From positions 1 through 58,011 of the IMG/VR virus record IMGVR_UViG_3300033141_002284: 58,011 bases of DNA; one strand, 5' to 3'. The notes beneath the pieces were generated by a model. It made no database searches. It was not told the origin of the DNA and was given only the letters and a program-made list of their open reading frames with translations. A program made the translations under genes and the position numbers. This document shows, in pieces, positions 17,283-27,210 of the stretch (positions are counted from its first letter, which is position 1; each line of letters opens with the position of its first letter). The DNA comes from a virus. Taxonomy: Duplodnaviria; Caudoviricetes.

Positions 17283-17717
17283 TTATTTGACTATCCAAAC
17301 TATCGATATTATACCGGCACCAATCAAAACTCCGGCACCGAATTTATACCAGCCCTTAATCTGCGCCTGGATCATATCCTGGATATGTGCTGCCCTGATT
17401 TCTTTAAGAGCTGCCTCATACTTTTCTTCATTGTCCTTGACAGTCTGCTTTGAGGCTTCTAACAATAATGAGAGATCGTCCAATTGATTCTGCAATAGCT
17501 CGATTCTCTTCTTCTGCCTCTCCGGTAATTTTTGAGCCTCGATCAATAATTTCTTTAAGCTTATTATTTTCTCGCTCAAATTCTTCGAGTGTGCCCTTGA
17601 GATTAACAATTCTTTCTCTAACAGATTCAAGTTCTCCAGTAAGCTGTTCGTTATCTGCCCGTAGATCGGCAATATGATCATTAAGATGGTCAACAGTATC
17701 ATCAGTAATTTTTTCAT
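17283..17717 (-). CDS. Putative spanin-like subunit (signal peptide, coiled coil, C-terminal hydrophobic segment)
   Basis: Overlaps 17428-17790 out of frame, at the end of the lysis cassette. Confidence 0.5.
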   Translation of the reverse strand: MKKLLMILLTILMIILPIYGQITNSLLENLNLLEKELLISRAHSKNLSEKIISLKKLLIEAQKLPERQKKRIELLQNQLDDLSLLLEASKQTVKDNEEKYEAALKEIRAAHIQDMIQAQIKGWYKFGAGVLIGAGIISIVWIVK

Positions 17718-17790
17718 AAATCAAAATCCCTACAATTATAATTGCTATAATCAGTATACTATAAAAGATTATTCTTTCCAGATTTTTCAC
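17428..17790 (-). CDS. Putative inner-membrane spanin (Rz-like)
   Basis: N-terminal TM then periplasmic coiled coil; follows holin and endolysin. Confidence 0.55.
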   Translation of the reverse strand: MKNLERIIFYSILIIAIIIVGILIYEKITDDTVDHLNDHIADLRADNEQLTGELESVRERIVNLKGTLEEFERENNKLKEIIDRGSKITGEAEEENRAIAESIGRSLIIVRSLKADCQGQ

Positions 17791-18026
17791 TTTTTTAAAT
17801 CCTTCAAAAATTTGAGTCCTTCAATCCCGAACAAAACCAATAAAACAATAAATCCAAATATGTATGGTTCCGATCCTTCAGGGAAAGTATCACTTTTTAT
17901 TAGCCATACTGTCAAAGCCAACACTATTCCTTTCCTGGAGAGCAGTTTCCAAATCAATCTAAGCAGCCGAGCAGGAATATCTTTTATAACTTCCCATGCG
18001 GTTTTTTCTTTAATGTCTTTCATCAT
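17787..18026 (-). CDS. Putative holin
   Basis: 79 aa, two TM segments, SRK motif, basic C-terminus, adjacent to endolysin. Confidence 0.6.
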   Translation of the reverse strand: MMKDIKEKTAWEVIKDIPARLLRLIWKLLSRKGIVLALTVWLIKSDTFPEGSEPYIFGFIVLLVLFGIEGLKFLKDLKK

Positions 18027-18541
18027 ACACCTCTCAATAATTTCAATGCAGGATCGACATCCCAGCTACTCTTATCCAGCTTAGAAAGTTCTTTTATTTT
18101 ATCCCATTCTATTTGCCGCCATTCCGTTTTATATCCTCTTTGCTCATACCATTCCCGCACGCTTTTAGTAGTTTTTAATCTTGCCGGATCATTAATATTG
18201 ACAGCATCTAATATAACATATCTACCGACTACCGGCGTTACATGGGTCATTTTGTTTTGACCATAAAAAACGGCCATAGTTGCCTGGTTATCCGAATAAT
18301 CGTTAACCGGCTTTACGAATATTTGCTCATATAATCCTTGCGCATTAAGTCGAATATTAAATCCCAACATCCATAAGGAAAAACAAATAGTTCCAGAACA
18401 ATCAACTCCGAATAAATTTTCGGCTCCCCATATATAAGGTACATCTACAAGCTTTAAACACCAATACCGAAACTTTTCAGCAGCCGACATTCTGTCCAGT
18501 CTTGCAATATCCGCTTTTATTACCTGGAGCCATTCAATCAT
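18023..18541 (-). CDS. NlpC/P60-family endopeptidase (putative endolysin)
   Basis: VPYIWGAEN..GVDCSG, THV. Confidence 0.8.
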   Translation of the reverse strand: MIEWLQVIKADIARLDRMSAAEKFRYWCLKLVDVPYIWGAENLFGVDCSGTICFSLWMLGFNIRLNAQGLYEQIFVKPVNDYSDNQATMAVFYGQNKMTHVTPVVGRYVILDAVNINDPARLKTTKSVREWYEQRGYKTEWRQIEWDKIKELSKLDKSSWDVDPALKLLRGV

Positions 18542-18550
18542 ATCATCACC

Positions 18551-18784
18551 TCAAAAAAACAATAATTTTAATCCACAGCTCACCAAAGTTACAATAACGG
18601 CAGTGATGAATACTTTGCAAAATAGCCTTACCCTCTTTGCCATCTGTTGATCAAGATAATCGGTAATACCTTTAATGATTTTCTCTGATAACCCGTTATT
18701 GAGAAAATAATCGATCTTATCCAGCTTGCCTTCAAGAATATCGTCCCTTTTATCTGAATGATCTTGCAGTTCCTTTATTGTCAT
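18551..18784 (-). CDS. Small C-terminally anchored membrane protein (lysis accessory)
   Basis: Coiled coil plus C-terminal TM. Confidence 0.55.
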   Translation of the reverse strand: MTIKELQDHSDKRDDILEGKLDKIDYFLNNGLSEKIIKGITDYLDQQMAKRVRLFCKVFITAVIVTLVSCGLKLLFF

Positions 18785-19110
18785 TTTGCAATCTCCTTAG
18801 TTGTTTTTATTTTTTCTTCAAGTACCTGCACTTTAGCTTGTAGTTCTTTTACAATATCTGGCATGGCATCTATATAATTTGCTTTATCTTCCTGCTCTTG
18901 TTTCGCCGTCAATTCCACCGTGCTTAACGGATATGGTTTTTCAATAATCTTTTTTAATTCATCATCCCAATGGACATCTGCTTTGCGATAACCTTTCCAA
19001 TCTGCATCGTTTATTTCAATTATAGCTTGATTGGCGTTTACCTTGTAGGTTGAATAACCAGCACTGATTATTCGTTTATATCTTTCCATTCCTTCAACTA
19101 CTAGTTTCAT
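18781..19110 (-). CDS. Putative tail-fibre assembly/accessory protein
   Basis: Position after fibre genes; C-terminal coiled coil. Confidence 0.45.
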   Translation of the reverse strand: MKLVVEGMERYKRIISAGYSTYKVNANQAIIEINDADWKGYRKADVHWDDELKKIIEKPYPLSTVELTAKQEQEDKANYIDAMPDIVKELQAKVQVLEEKIKTTKEIAK

Positions 19111-19889
19111 ATAATTCTCTTTACTACTATTTTGTAATAGTAATTATCTGTGTCCAGTATATTTGTAGTTCCATTATCAAGCATTAACGACATTCCCCCG
19201 GATCCTGTTTGAACTATTATATTATCATTATCTACTGCAATAATACCGTGTCCATATCTGGAGTCATTACCAGGAAAAATAAAACCCATATCTACTTCAT
19301 TGCTATTGGCATCTATCCCATCGGTACTGATTAAAACCTTCACCAACAAATCAGATAACGGCACACCAAGATTATGAGCAACGTTGCTATCGGTATTCTT
19401 TGTGGTTACGCTGCCAAGATGTACATTTGTCCAATCGCTTCTATTGATCCATCCAGTTTCATAAGTTGCCTGTAATCCAATTAAAAACCATTCGGTACCG
19501 TTACAAATTATTTTTAATCTATCATATTTGCTTGGCAATTTTACAGTTAATGCACCACTAATAGTTTCAGCATTTTCACCGTCTATTGTTACAGTTCCGC
19601 TTGCAGCAGCATTTACAATTTCCAATTCTCTAGTCGGATTTATTGATGCTGTCGGTAAGGTTATTGTAGCCGATGCCGTAACCCAAATAACCTTATATCC
19701 ATCATCATCCAATACAGTATAGTCAACAGCCGTTGTTTTTATCGCATTTGCGATAAGATCATAATTACCTTTAACCGTTTCCGTAGTTCTTCCGCTACCT
19801 GCCAGATCGATAATATTATCCATCAGCCGGTCATAATCCGATTTTCGAGTAGGTGTGCCTAAATTAACAGTGCTGGTATCCCAAGGCAT
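19107..19889 (-). CDS. Tail fibre / receptor-binding-like protein
   Basis: TITLPTAS, TVTIDG..AETISGA, HNLG motifs typical of fibre proteins. Confidence 0.65.
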   Translation of the reverse strand: MPWDTSTVNLGTPTRKSDYDRLMDNIIDLAGSGRTTETVKGNYDLIANAIKTTAVDYTVLDDDGYKVIWVTASATITLPTASINPTRELEIVNAAASGTVTIDGENAETISGALTVKLPSKYDRLKIICNGTEWFLIGLQATYETGWINRSDWTNVHLGSVTTKNTDSNVAHNLGVPLSDLLVKVLISTDGIDANSNEVDMGFIFPGNDSRYGHGIIAVDNDNIIVQTGSGGMSLMLDNGTTNILDTDNYYYKIVVKRII

Positions 19890-20503
19890 TAACTTTCAAG
19901 CCCCTTCCCGTTTTCCGACCATAACAAAAAGATAGAAACCGTCGATGAATCCACAGCCTTGTTTACTGACCGTATCACATAAGTCGTCGAAGTATCTAGA
20001 ATATATGACGCCCTTGCGAGCCCGGTGTCTCCGCCAAGATCAGATGCTCCAATTGTACCACCGCCAAATATTTTTTGATTGATTTGTGTCGCTGCCCCGA
20101 TTGTCACTGTGCCAGAAGTTTCTATCTTCACTCCCGACACACCATTTGATAACCGATTTCTATTAATTGGAGTAAAAGATGTATCGCTGGTTGCTGTCGT
20201 TGGTGATTCGTAGATTTGTAATCTGCATTGACCACCGTCAGTCCAACCTTCAAGTTTTAAAATGTGAACATATGCTGTAGTACTTGCCGGAGTTCTAAGA
20301 ATTATGTCATAAGTGCCATCGGCTGCTAAGTTAGTAATTTGTCCCCAAGCAACAAATAATTTGCCATTATGTATCATATTTTCTGTATGGCTTACTGTTT
20401 TTAGTGATTCACTTACATAATCAAATGGCAATAGATGTTCATATCCGTCCTCGTCTGTATAATGTACAAGGTCATGAATTGATTTTAAATTACTTTTAGT
20501 CAT
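19889..20503 (-). CDS. Putative virion structural protein
   Basis: Beta-rich, T/S-rich; located in the tail-tip region. Confidence 0.55.
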   Translation of the reverse strand: MTKSNLKSIHDLVHYTDEDGYEHLLPFDYVSESLKTVSHTENMIHNGKLFVAWGQITNLAADGTYDIILRTPASTTAYVHILKLEGWTDGGQCRLQIYESPTTATSDTSFTPINRNRLSNGVSGVKIETSGTVTIGAATQINQKIFGGGTIGASDLGGDTGLARASYILDTSTTYVIRSVNKAVDSSTVSIFLLWSENGKGLES

Positions 20504-20552
20504 TGTTTTCTCCTATATTATCTTAATGCAATTTGTTGCATTATAAAAGCCT

Positions 20553-20577
20553 AAATTGTAAAGCCGGTTTACGATTT
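20553..20577. repeat. Dispersed palindrome copy
   Basis: aaattgtaaa gccgg tttacgattt. Confidence 0.75.
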
Positions 20578-21200
20578 TATTCTTCATATTGTATTGTTAT
20601 CCATCCTCTATTATAAGAAGTTGAATCAAAAACCAATGAATCAAAAAACCCACCCAATCTTCTAGTTAAATATATATTTAGTCCATCAGAAGATATTGCA
20701 TTTATTCCACCATGTACAGTTGAATCATTTTCATTTGTTTTATAACTATCGAGTTCATAAAGAGCATTATTATCATCATTCCGTATCATTACGGTTATTT
20801 TCCTAATTTTCATATTATCAACAATACCATGTAGCACATATTTATAAGGAGTTGTGTCCATATTCCAATCGCCAATCTCTATTATTTTTGTATATAATCT
20901 TCTTAAGCTTACCGTACCCGAAATATCATAACCTACCTGTATAGATACCCCGCTAGTTGAAGTGTTGCTATCTATCCCTGGTAATTCAGGATGAACAGAG
21001 AGTGTTGCTGTTTCCGCAATCGTTATTGTACTACTCAAAACTACTGCATCACTAAATGTCTTAGCCCCCGCAAAAGTATTTGTCCCACTATATACCGTAT
21101 CCAGTCGGCCTTTATTATATTGTGTATTTTCAAGGAGATTATCGTAATCTGCCTTACGAGTTGAAGCACCGATCGAAACTGTACTGCTTGTAAATTCCAT
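20577..21200 (-). CDS. Tail fibre-like protein
   Basis: TFAGAKTFSD repeat motif; N-terminus shared with 19107-19889. Confidence 0.65.
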   Translation of the reverse strand: MEFTSSTVSIGASTRKADYDNLLENTQYNKGRLDTVYSGTNTFAGAKTFSDAVVLSSTITIAETATLSVHPELPGIDSNTSTSGVSIQVGYDISGTVSLRRLYTKIIEIGDWNMDTTPYKYVLHGIVDNMKIRKITVMIRNDDNNALYELDSYKTNENDSTVHGGINAISSDGLNIYLTRRLGGFFDSLVFDSTSYNRGWITIQYEE

Positions 21201-21209
21201 ATTTCCTCC

Positions 21210-23075
21210 TTACCAAAACAATGAAAAACCCAAAGTCGTAATATCATCAGATATTATACCATCGTCGTCTGTCCAGAATCCGCCCTGTGAGAGAGCCCAG
21301 CTTTTTTGTGATTCATTCCAATCATTATCCCATTCTGTTATTGTACCGCCACCCAACAGTTCAGGAAAAGCCCAATCATCTGCAACCCAGTGAGCCACCC
21401 GTTGCCCCACATTTTTGAGATCATCGACTATGATCTTAAATTCCGATTTGTCAAAATCTTTCTCGATCTTTTGTATCTCGACATTTTTCGAATCTATCCA
21501 TTCATAATTACTATCTGACCGTCGCCGCCTGAAAGACAATACAAATCTATCGCCAATATTTTTTTCCGCCAATAAAAGCTTGCTGGTAAACGATATTAGA
21601 TTTGTCGCATTTCGATATAACAATTCCATGTGGCTTAAAAATAAATTAACCCCGGCCTGCGAACACAACAAAGTATTTATTGTCCTGGTCTTTTTTATAT
21701 CATAAATATATTCTGTTTGCGCTGTTGTATTTTGGTCATAAGAATAAGTATCTTTGGCCCAATTTTTACGCCATCCGCATCTTATAACTTTCCGTATCTC
21801 ATCGGTTTCCGCCCAAGCTTTTATATTTTTTATTTCTATATCGCTAACCAGGGTTGGCGATGCAGGCATATCCACATTCCAAACTGATATGGCATATTTG
21901 CCCTCATTATTGGAATAGAAATTCCCCATGATAGATTTCATAATATCAGCCATTAATTCAAGACCGGAAATATATTCTCCAACAAACAAACCAATAGCTG
22001 CATGATTCGCCTCTGCCTCTGCTCTTGCTGCCGCCCTTGCTGTAGTATCCCAATCGCTATCAGTGATTCCTAATAGCTCGGTTATTTCCTGTGCTATATC
22101 GATCGGATTTGTTATTACTGTCCCGCTCATATATCCTATAATATCCGCCGTTACTTCATCACCTGGTGTATAACTGCTTGTATGCAAATTAAAAGTTGCC
22201 GCCGTTAAGCTTGTAGATGTTGCTGTTACTTCATTTTCTGCCACATACACAGTGGATATGGCATTAATCGAATGGGTTGAAGTATCGCAAATTTTAAAAC
22301 TATACGTGCTGGTGGTTTCCGCCCTGTTTGTGCAAACAACCGGCACATTATAACAGGTGCTCCATAAATACGGTATTGGTTTCCCGACATCTTCAGAATC
22401 TAAATTCGGATAATCGGTTTTATTGAATCTGTTTAATGGCAGACTGTTTTCTATTTCTCTTTTTCTATCTTCATAATCAAATACTATTTCCCCGGTAGTC
22501 ATGTTTTTCTTGACAATCTTGCCGTCGAACATAGTTGCATATTCTGTATATGGTAAATCTTCACCACCGATCTTGACAGTAATCGTTGCATTTTCCCAAG
22601 CATAACTTTCAAAGATATTGTCGAAATGCCCATAATGATTATAAAGCCGGACAGTTCCGTTACTGACAATAGAAACGCCCCAATATAACTCCGGCTTGCT
22701 TTGTACAATTTTAGGAATACCCGCAACAAAAGGCTGATAATAATAGTCATTAAAAGTCTTCCCTTCTGTCCCGTAATAAACTTTATAATTAGCAACTATT
22801 ATATTCTGGTAAGGTGTGCCGGATGTAGATTGCAAATAAATATAAGTTCCGTCATAATACCATGATCCCGCAGTAATGGCAGCAATAGATGACTTTTCTG
22901 TTAAGGTATCACCATCTTCAGTAACCGACTGAACATGGATAGTACCGACTTCATACCGATAAATACTACCGGAATATAAAGCCCATCCGGATATTCTTTG
23001 CGCCGGTTGAATTTCAACTAAGAATATCTTCTTAGTTCCTGGAGTAGTTATTAATTTAGCAAAAGTCGTTATCAT
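21210..23075 (-). CDS. Tail tip / baseplate hub protein
   Basis: VGKPIPYL, NPIDIAQEI; position after the Dit-like gene. Confidence 0.7.
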   Translation of the reverse strand: MITTFAKLITTPGTKKIFLVEIQPAQRISGWALYSGSIYRYEVGTIHVQSVTEDGDTLTEKSSIAAITAGSWYYDGTYIYLQSTSGTPYQNIIVANYKVYYGTEGKTFNDYYYQPFVAGIPKIVQSKPELYWGVSIVSNGTVRLYNHYGHFDNIFESYAWENATITVKIGGEDLPYTEYATMFDGKIVKKNMTTGEIVFDYEDRKREIENSLPLNRFNKTDYPNLDSEDVGKPIPYLWSTCYNVPVVCTNRAETTSTYSFKICDTSTHSINAISTVYVAENEVTATSTSLTAATFNLHTSSYTPGDEVTADIIGYMSGTVITNPIDIAQEITELLGITDSDWDTTARAAARAEAEANHAAIGLFVGEYISGLELMADIMKSIMGNFYSNNEGKYAISVWNVDMPASPTLVSDIEIKNIKAWAETDEIRKVIRCGWRKNWAKDTYSYDQNTTAQTEYIYDIKKTRTINTLLCSQAGVNLFLSHMELLYRNATNLISFTSKLLLAEKNIGDRFVLSFRRRRSDSNYEWIDSKNVEIQKIEKDFDKSEFKIIVDDLKNVGQRVAHWVADDWAFPELLGGGTITEWDNDWNESQKSWALSQGGFWTDDDGIISDDITTLGFSLFW

Positions 23076-24199
23076 TTCTGCTGCCTAAACCTTAAATCGC
23101 CTAAATTAAATATAGTCGTATTTTTTAATCTTTTAAAATTCGGATCGCCAAGCAAATAAACATAAACCGTACTGGTATCAACATTATGATCTAGAGAAAT
23201 ATAAAAAGATTTATCATTTCCAATATCATCCAGCATAGTTTCAAATCCGGTCTTTGTCGCCGCATCATAATATTGGTCTAATGGCGGAGTCGGTATTGTA
23301 TATTCCAATAGCCGATCTTTTTTGTCAAAGAAAGAAGCACCTGCCTGGCTTACAAATACAGTCGATCTATGGTCAAGTTTTTTGCTGCTAAATGATATGG
23401 TATTAGTAGCCTGATGGGTTGGCGCAAAATAAACACCTGCCCACAACCGGCCTATATCAGAATAGCTATTATCCCGATCATAAAAATATAACTGTAGAGC
23501 TTTATAGTTTGCTTCTGTAAATTCAACTGATATTCTATCCGCATTATAAGATACTGTTGAACTCAATGATATTGTCGATGTTTCATTCCAGCCGCCATTA
23601 AAATCAGTAGCCGTTGAATTCGTTCCCCTTAATCTTATTGTTACCGTACTGCTAAATTTATGATTATCGATTATAAAACATGAAATAGAACAAGTACTTG
23701 TTAAATTAACTATAATCTCATGCTCATTACCCAGAGTGGAAGAAGTACTAGTATAGTTTGCCGCTCCGGTTAAATTTGTACCATGCCCGAATCCGGTTAT
23801 AACAGCAACAGTAGTATCTTTATAAGTTGTATCACCAAACATTAAAGAAAAGGTTCCGCTTGCCCGGCCGATATTAAAAGTGTGAGTTGCTGTATCATAA
23901 GTTGCTATATGATTAGATTCTCCAACACTATTTAATCCTGATTGCATTTTAGCTGCTAATAGAATTCCTGTATAAGTAGCCGACGGAATGGAATAATTTA
24001 AAACGGTTCCCGTAGAAGTATCCCGGAAAGGTAAATTATCATTATAGGCAGTTATTACAAAATTAGAATCAGTCCGCCATATTTTCGATAATATTTCATT
24101 CTGAATATTAGCTGCCGGTAAACTTGCAAGTTGAGAACTATATCGATATACTGTACCTTCGTCGATTTGATTTCTGTATTTATAATGTATTATGCTCAT
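23072..24199 (-). CDS. Distal tail (Dit-like) protein
   Basis: Directly after TMP; IGRLWAGVYF.P motif. Confidence 0.65.
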   Translation of the reverse strand: MSIIHYKYRNQIDEGTVYRYSSQLASLPAANIQNEILSKIWRTDSNFVITAYNDNLPFRDTSTGTVLNYSIPSATYTGILLAAKMQSGLNSVGESNHIATYDTATHTFNIGRASGTFSLMFGDTTYKDTTVAVITGFGHGTNLTGAANYTSTSSTLGNEHEIIVNLTSTCSISCFIIDNHKFSSTVTIRLRGTNSTATDFNGGWNETSTISLSSTVSYNADRISVEFTEANYKALQLYFYDRDNSYSDIGRLWAGVYFAPTHQATNTISFSSKKLDHRSTVFVSQAGASFFDKKDRLLEYTIPTPPLDQYYDAATKTGFETMLDDIGNDKSFYISLDHNVDTSTVYVYLLGDPNFKRLKNTTIFNLGDLRFRQQK

Positions 24200-26901
24200 A
24201 TATTTGACCTTACCACTTTCGGATTAATCCGAAAACTACCCCGATCCGATTCCTCGGTAAGAAATTCTATTACCCCTCTGCCGACCTCTCTACCATCTAT
24301 TGAAATCATAACTGGAGCCGGGATTATAGATATACCGCCGCTCTCCCCGGCATTTATCGCTTCCAGGGTATCAAGATTTTTAGCAGTTGCATCTTTGTTA
24401 ACGACATATTCCCCGCTTGTTAATGCTACTACATTTGTATCAATTCCAGGCTTCCCTTCAAATAATCCACCAGCGGCTTTTTTTTCAATTCCTTTATATT
24501 TATCTCCTACCAACCCTCCCTTTTCTAATCCCTCGATAAACGATGCTCCAATAAATGCTAATGCGCTAGTAGCAGCAGCTAATGCGGCTTTTCCCCATTG
24601 TAATGTCAAGGCATATCCGGCAGCAGCTACTATAAGTTGTTTCCCAATAGCACGTAACAAATCAGCAAACAAACCTTTTACCGCATCTTTTATTTGTCCA
24701 GCGAAATCTTTTGTAGTAGACCATGCTGATTCCCAAGCAGACGTAAAAGATGTTGCTAAAAAATCGCTCCAATCAGCAGCACTCATTTTAAGTTTTTTGA
24801 ATGATTTCTCTAAATCAAAATTAACATCTGTAGCATCTTCATTTGCTTCAGTTTCTTTTTTTGTTGCTTTAGTTAATTTTACTGTGCCATCTGCTAATTC
24901 TAGTTTTGCTATTAATAATGCTTCTTGTTTTTCTCTTTGTCTATCTGCTCTTTCTATTGCCTCGTCTTCTGCTTCTTCTATCTTTTTATAATAATCAGCG
25001 TATTCGATTTTTAAAGTTTTAATTATATCTACTTCAGCAATTCCCAACTTTCTTAAATATTTTGCTCTTGCTTTTATCCGTTCTTCATCGGTCATTTCGG
25101 CTTCACGGATTTTATCCATTATTTTAAGTTTTGCTGCTAATCTTTGCGCTTCTGCTCTTGCCGCATCTCTGGCCGCCTGCTCTCTGGTCTCATCCGCTGC
25201 TATTTCCGCCTGTATTCTTTTTTGTTCCTCTATATAGGCTTTCATTTCAGCATCGGCTTTTTGCTTCATTGCCAATTCAGCCTGGCCGTCTGCTCTTGCT
25301 CTTGCTTCTCGGTTGGCTTCTATTTCTGCCTTCTGCGCCTTTAATGTTTCTATTTCTTTTTCGTTTATTTTATTCAAAGATCGTCCAAAAGATATACCGC
25401 TTCCTTTTTGTGCTGCTAATTTTTCATATTCTGTTGTTTGCTCTTCAATCCGTCTGTTTAATATTTCAAGAGCTTCATCATAATCTTCAACCGATCTTGC
25501 CGATCCGCTCATGGCAGAATCAACCAATTCCTGATCATCTTTTAATTGCCTAGAATGTTTGGCTACTTTTAAAAACAAATATACTAATGTACTCAATCCT
25601 GCTATTACCAATCCAATCGGCCCAGCACCAGCCGCAAAGGCCGCATTTAATGCTATAATAACTCCTGCGACTTTTTGCGCTACCATTAATCCGCCAATAG
25701 CAATGCCAGCAGCAATAATAACCTCTTTCCATTCACCGATAGTAGTTACTAGATTTGTAATCAAATCCAATAAGTCTTCCGCAAATTTAATAAATCTATC
25801 CTGGTTTTCATCAAGCCATTGTCGGAAAGCATCTATAATATCTTTGACTGTCGGCAATAACTTATCACCCATATTAATGCTGACAGCTTTAAAAGTCGCT
25901 TTAAGTCGATCCCATGCCACCTGCATAGTACCGGATTGTTTTTCCCAGGCTTCCATTGTCGGACTACCATCAGCCATAATATCTGTAAAGGTCTGCATCT
26001 CATCGCCCATACTATCAGCAGCCGTTATAATAGCAGTCAAACCTCTCACGTTTGGAAATAATTTTGTCAATACATCTGCCGGTAATCCAGCTAGATCTTT
26101 CATCACTCCTTCAAAGCCATGTGCTTTTATTGCCGATAAGCCGAATTCGATTCCCAACTCCCTGGCTGTATCAACTGCCTCTTCAGATGGTTTTAATAAT
26201 CCGGTTAATGCGCCTCTTAAAGCAGTAGACGCTATTGAACTATCTAAACCATTCCTGGTTAAAATAGCCATCATGGCGCCTAGTTCTTGTACACTGACTC
26301 CAGCTTTGGCTCCCAAGGTTGCTACCGTACCTATTGATGATGCTAATTCTCCAAAAGTAATTTTTCCTCTCTTAACCGTCGTGAATAAAACATCTGAATA
26401 ATAATTTGCATTTTCCGCTGAATCTCCGAAAGCATTTATTAAAGTTGTTATAACATCAGCCGCTACCCCCGTATCTGTCATGCCTGCTTTAGCGGCCAAT
26501 AGAGAAACTTTTAAAACATCAATCGCTTTCTCGGCCGGTATACTTGCAGATAAAATATCATACAATCCTTTGGTTAGTGTTTTAGTTCCTTCACCAAAAC
26601 TTTTACTAGCAGTTAATATATCTTTCTTAAATTGGTCCAACATCGGCATGGTACGTTTATCAAGCATGGTTGCAACATTAGCCATTTGTGCTTCAAATTT
26701 AGTTGCATCAATTACTGATTTGACAACAACAGCACTTACAGCAGCAAAAGCAATTTTTGCGGCTTTAGCTATCAATCCAAAAGTTTTATCAGTGGCTTTT
26801 TGCAGAGTGGAAGCTTCACTTCCTGCATCTTTAAGACCAGCAGTATAACCACTTTTATCGAGTCCTAATGTTGCGAATAATTCACCGACCTTTATAGCCA
26901 T
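24196..26901 (-). CDS. Tail tape measure protein (TP901-like core)
   Basis: VGELFATLGLD, FEAQMANVAT, GLYDILSA, TVKRGKITFGELA; 901 aa, Ala-rich. Confidence 0.93.
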   Translation of the reverse strand: MAIKVGELFATLGLDKSGYTAGLKDAGSEASTLQKATDKTFGLIAKAAKIAFAAVSAVVVKSVIDATKFEAQMANVATMLDKRTMPMLDQFKKDILTASKSFGEGTKTLTKGLYDILSASIPAEKAIDVLKVSLLAAKAGMTDTGVAADVITTLINAFGDSAENANYYSDVLFTTVKRGKITFGELASSIGTVATLGAKAGVSVQELGAMMAILTRNGLDSSIASTALRGALTGLLKPSEEAVDTARELGIEFGLSAIKAHGFEGVMKDLAGLPADVLTKLFPNVRGLTAIITAADSMGDEMQTFTDIMADGSPTMEAWEKQSGTMQVAWDRLKATFKAVSINMGDKLLPTVKDIIDAFRQWLDENQDRFIKFAEDLLDLITNLVTTIGEWKEVIIAAGIAIGGLMVAQKVAGVIIALNAAFAAGAGPIGLVIAGLSTLVYLFLKVAKHSRQLKDDQELVDSAMSGSARSVEDYDEALEILNRRIEEQTTEYEKLAAQKGSGISFGRSLNKINEKEIETLKAQKAEIEANREARARADGQAELAMKQKADAEMKAYIEEQKRIQAEIAADETREQAARDAARAEAQRLAAKLKIMDKIREAEMTDEERIKARAKYLRKLGIAEVDIIKTLKIEYADYYKKIEEAEDEAIERADRQREKQEALLIAKLELADGTVKLTKATKKETEANEDATDVNFDLEKSFKKLKMSAADWSDFLATSFTSAWESAWSTTKDFAGQIKDAVKGLFADLLRAIGKQLIVAAAGYALTLQWGKAALAAATSALAFIGASFIEGLEKGGLVGDKYKGIEKKAAGGLFEGKPGIDTNVVALTSGEYVVNKDATAKNLDTLEAINAGESGGISIIPAPVMISIDGREVGRGVIEFLTEESDRGSFRINPKVVRSNI

Positions 26902-26911
26902 CTTGTCCTCT

Positions 26912-27210
26912 TTATGATAGCCATCCCATTCCCTTTAAGGTGTTTATCAAGGTTTTGTCATCCTGGATTCTATCTTCAAAGGTAAATCCCAAATATTTTG
27001 ACACCATTATTTCCAGCCTGGCAATTCGAGTATTTGTTGATATTTTATTATTACTTATTTCCATCAATTTTTTCACCTCTCGCCAGGATAATTCATCCTC
27101 TATTTTTTTGACAGAATAAGCAGGATAGATTTGCATGAAAACATGGTAGACTTCATAAACGTCTACATCCGTCGTTACTTCATCAGTACCTCGCTGAACT
27201 TCGATTGAAA
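26912..27210 (-). CDS. Tail assembly chaperone, -1 frameshift (gpGT-like) extension
   Basis: The -1 frame is open from the slippery site into ORF 26912-27136 (FSIEVQRGTDEVTTDVDVYEVYHVFMQIYPAY...). Confidence 0.75.

Noticed and set aside
19107-23075. Diversity-generating retroelement targeting fibre genes
   Set aside because: No reverse transcriptase and no TR/VR pair seen
24131-26848. Long plus-strand ORFs (e.g. 24131-24991, 25559-26401) and other plus-strand ORFs
   Set aside because: Antisense shadows of well-supported minus-strand genes, without motifs or SD sites
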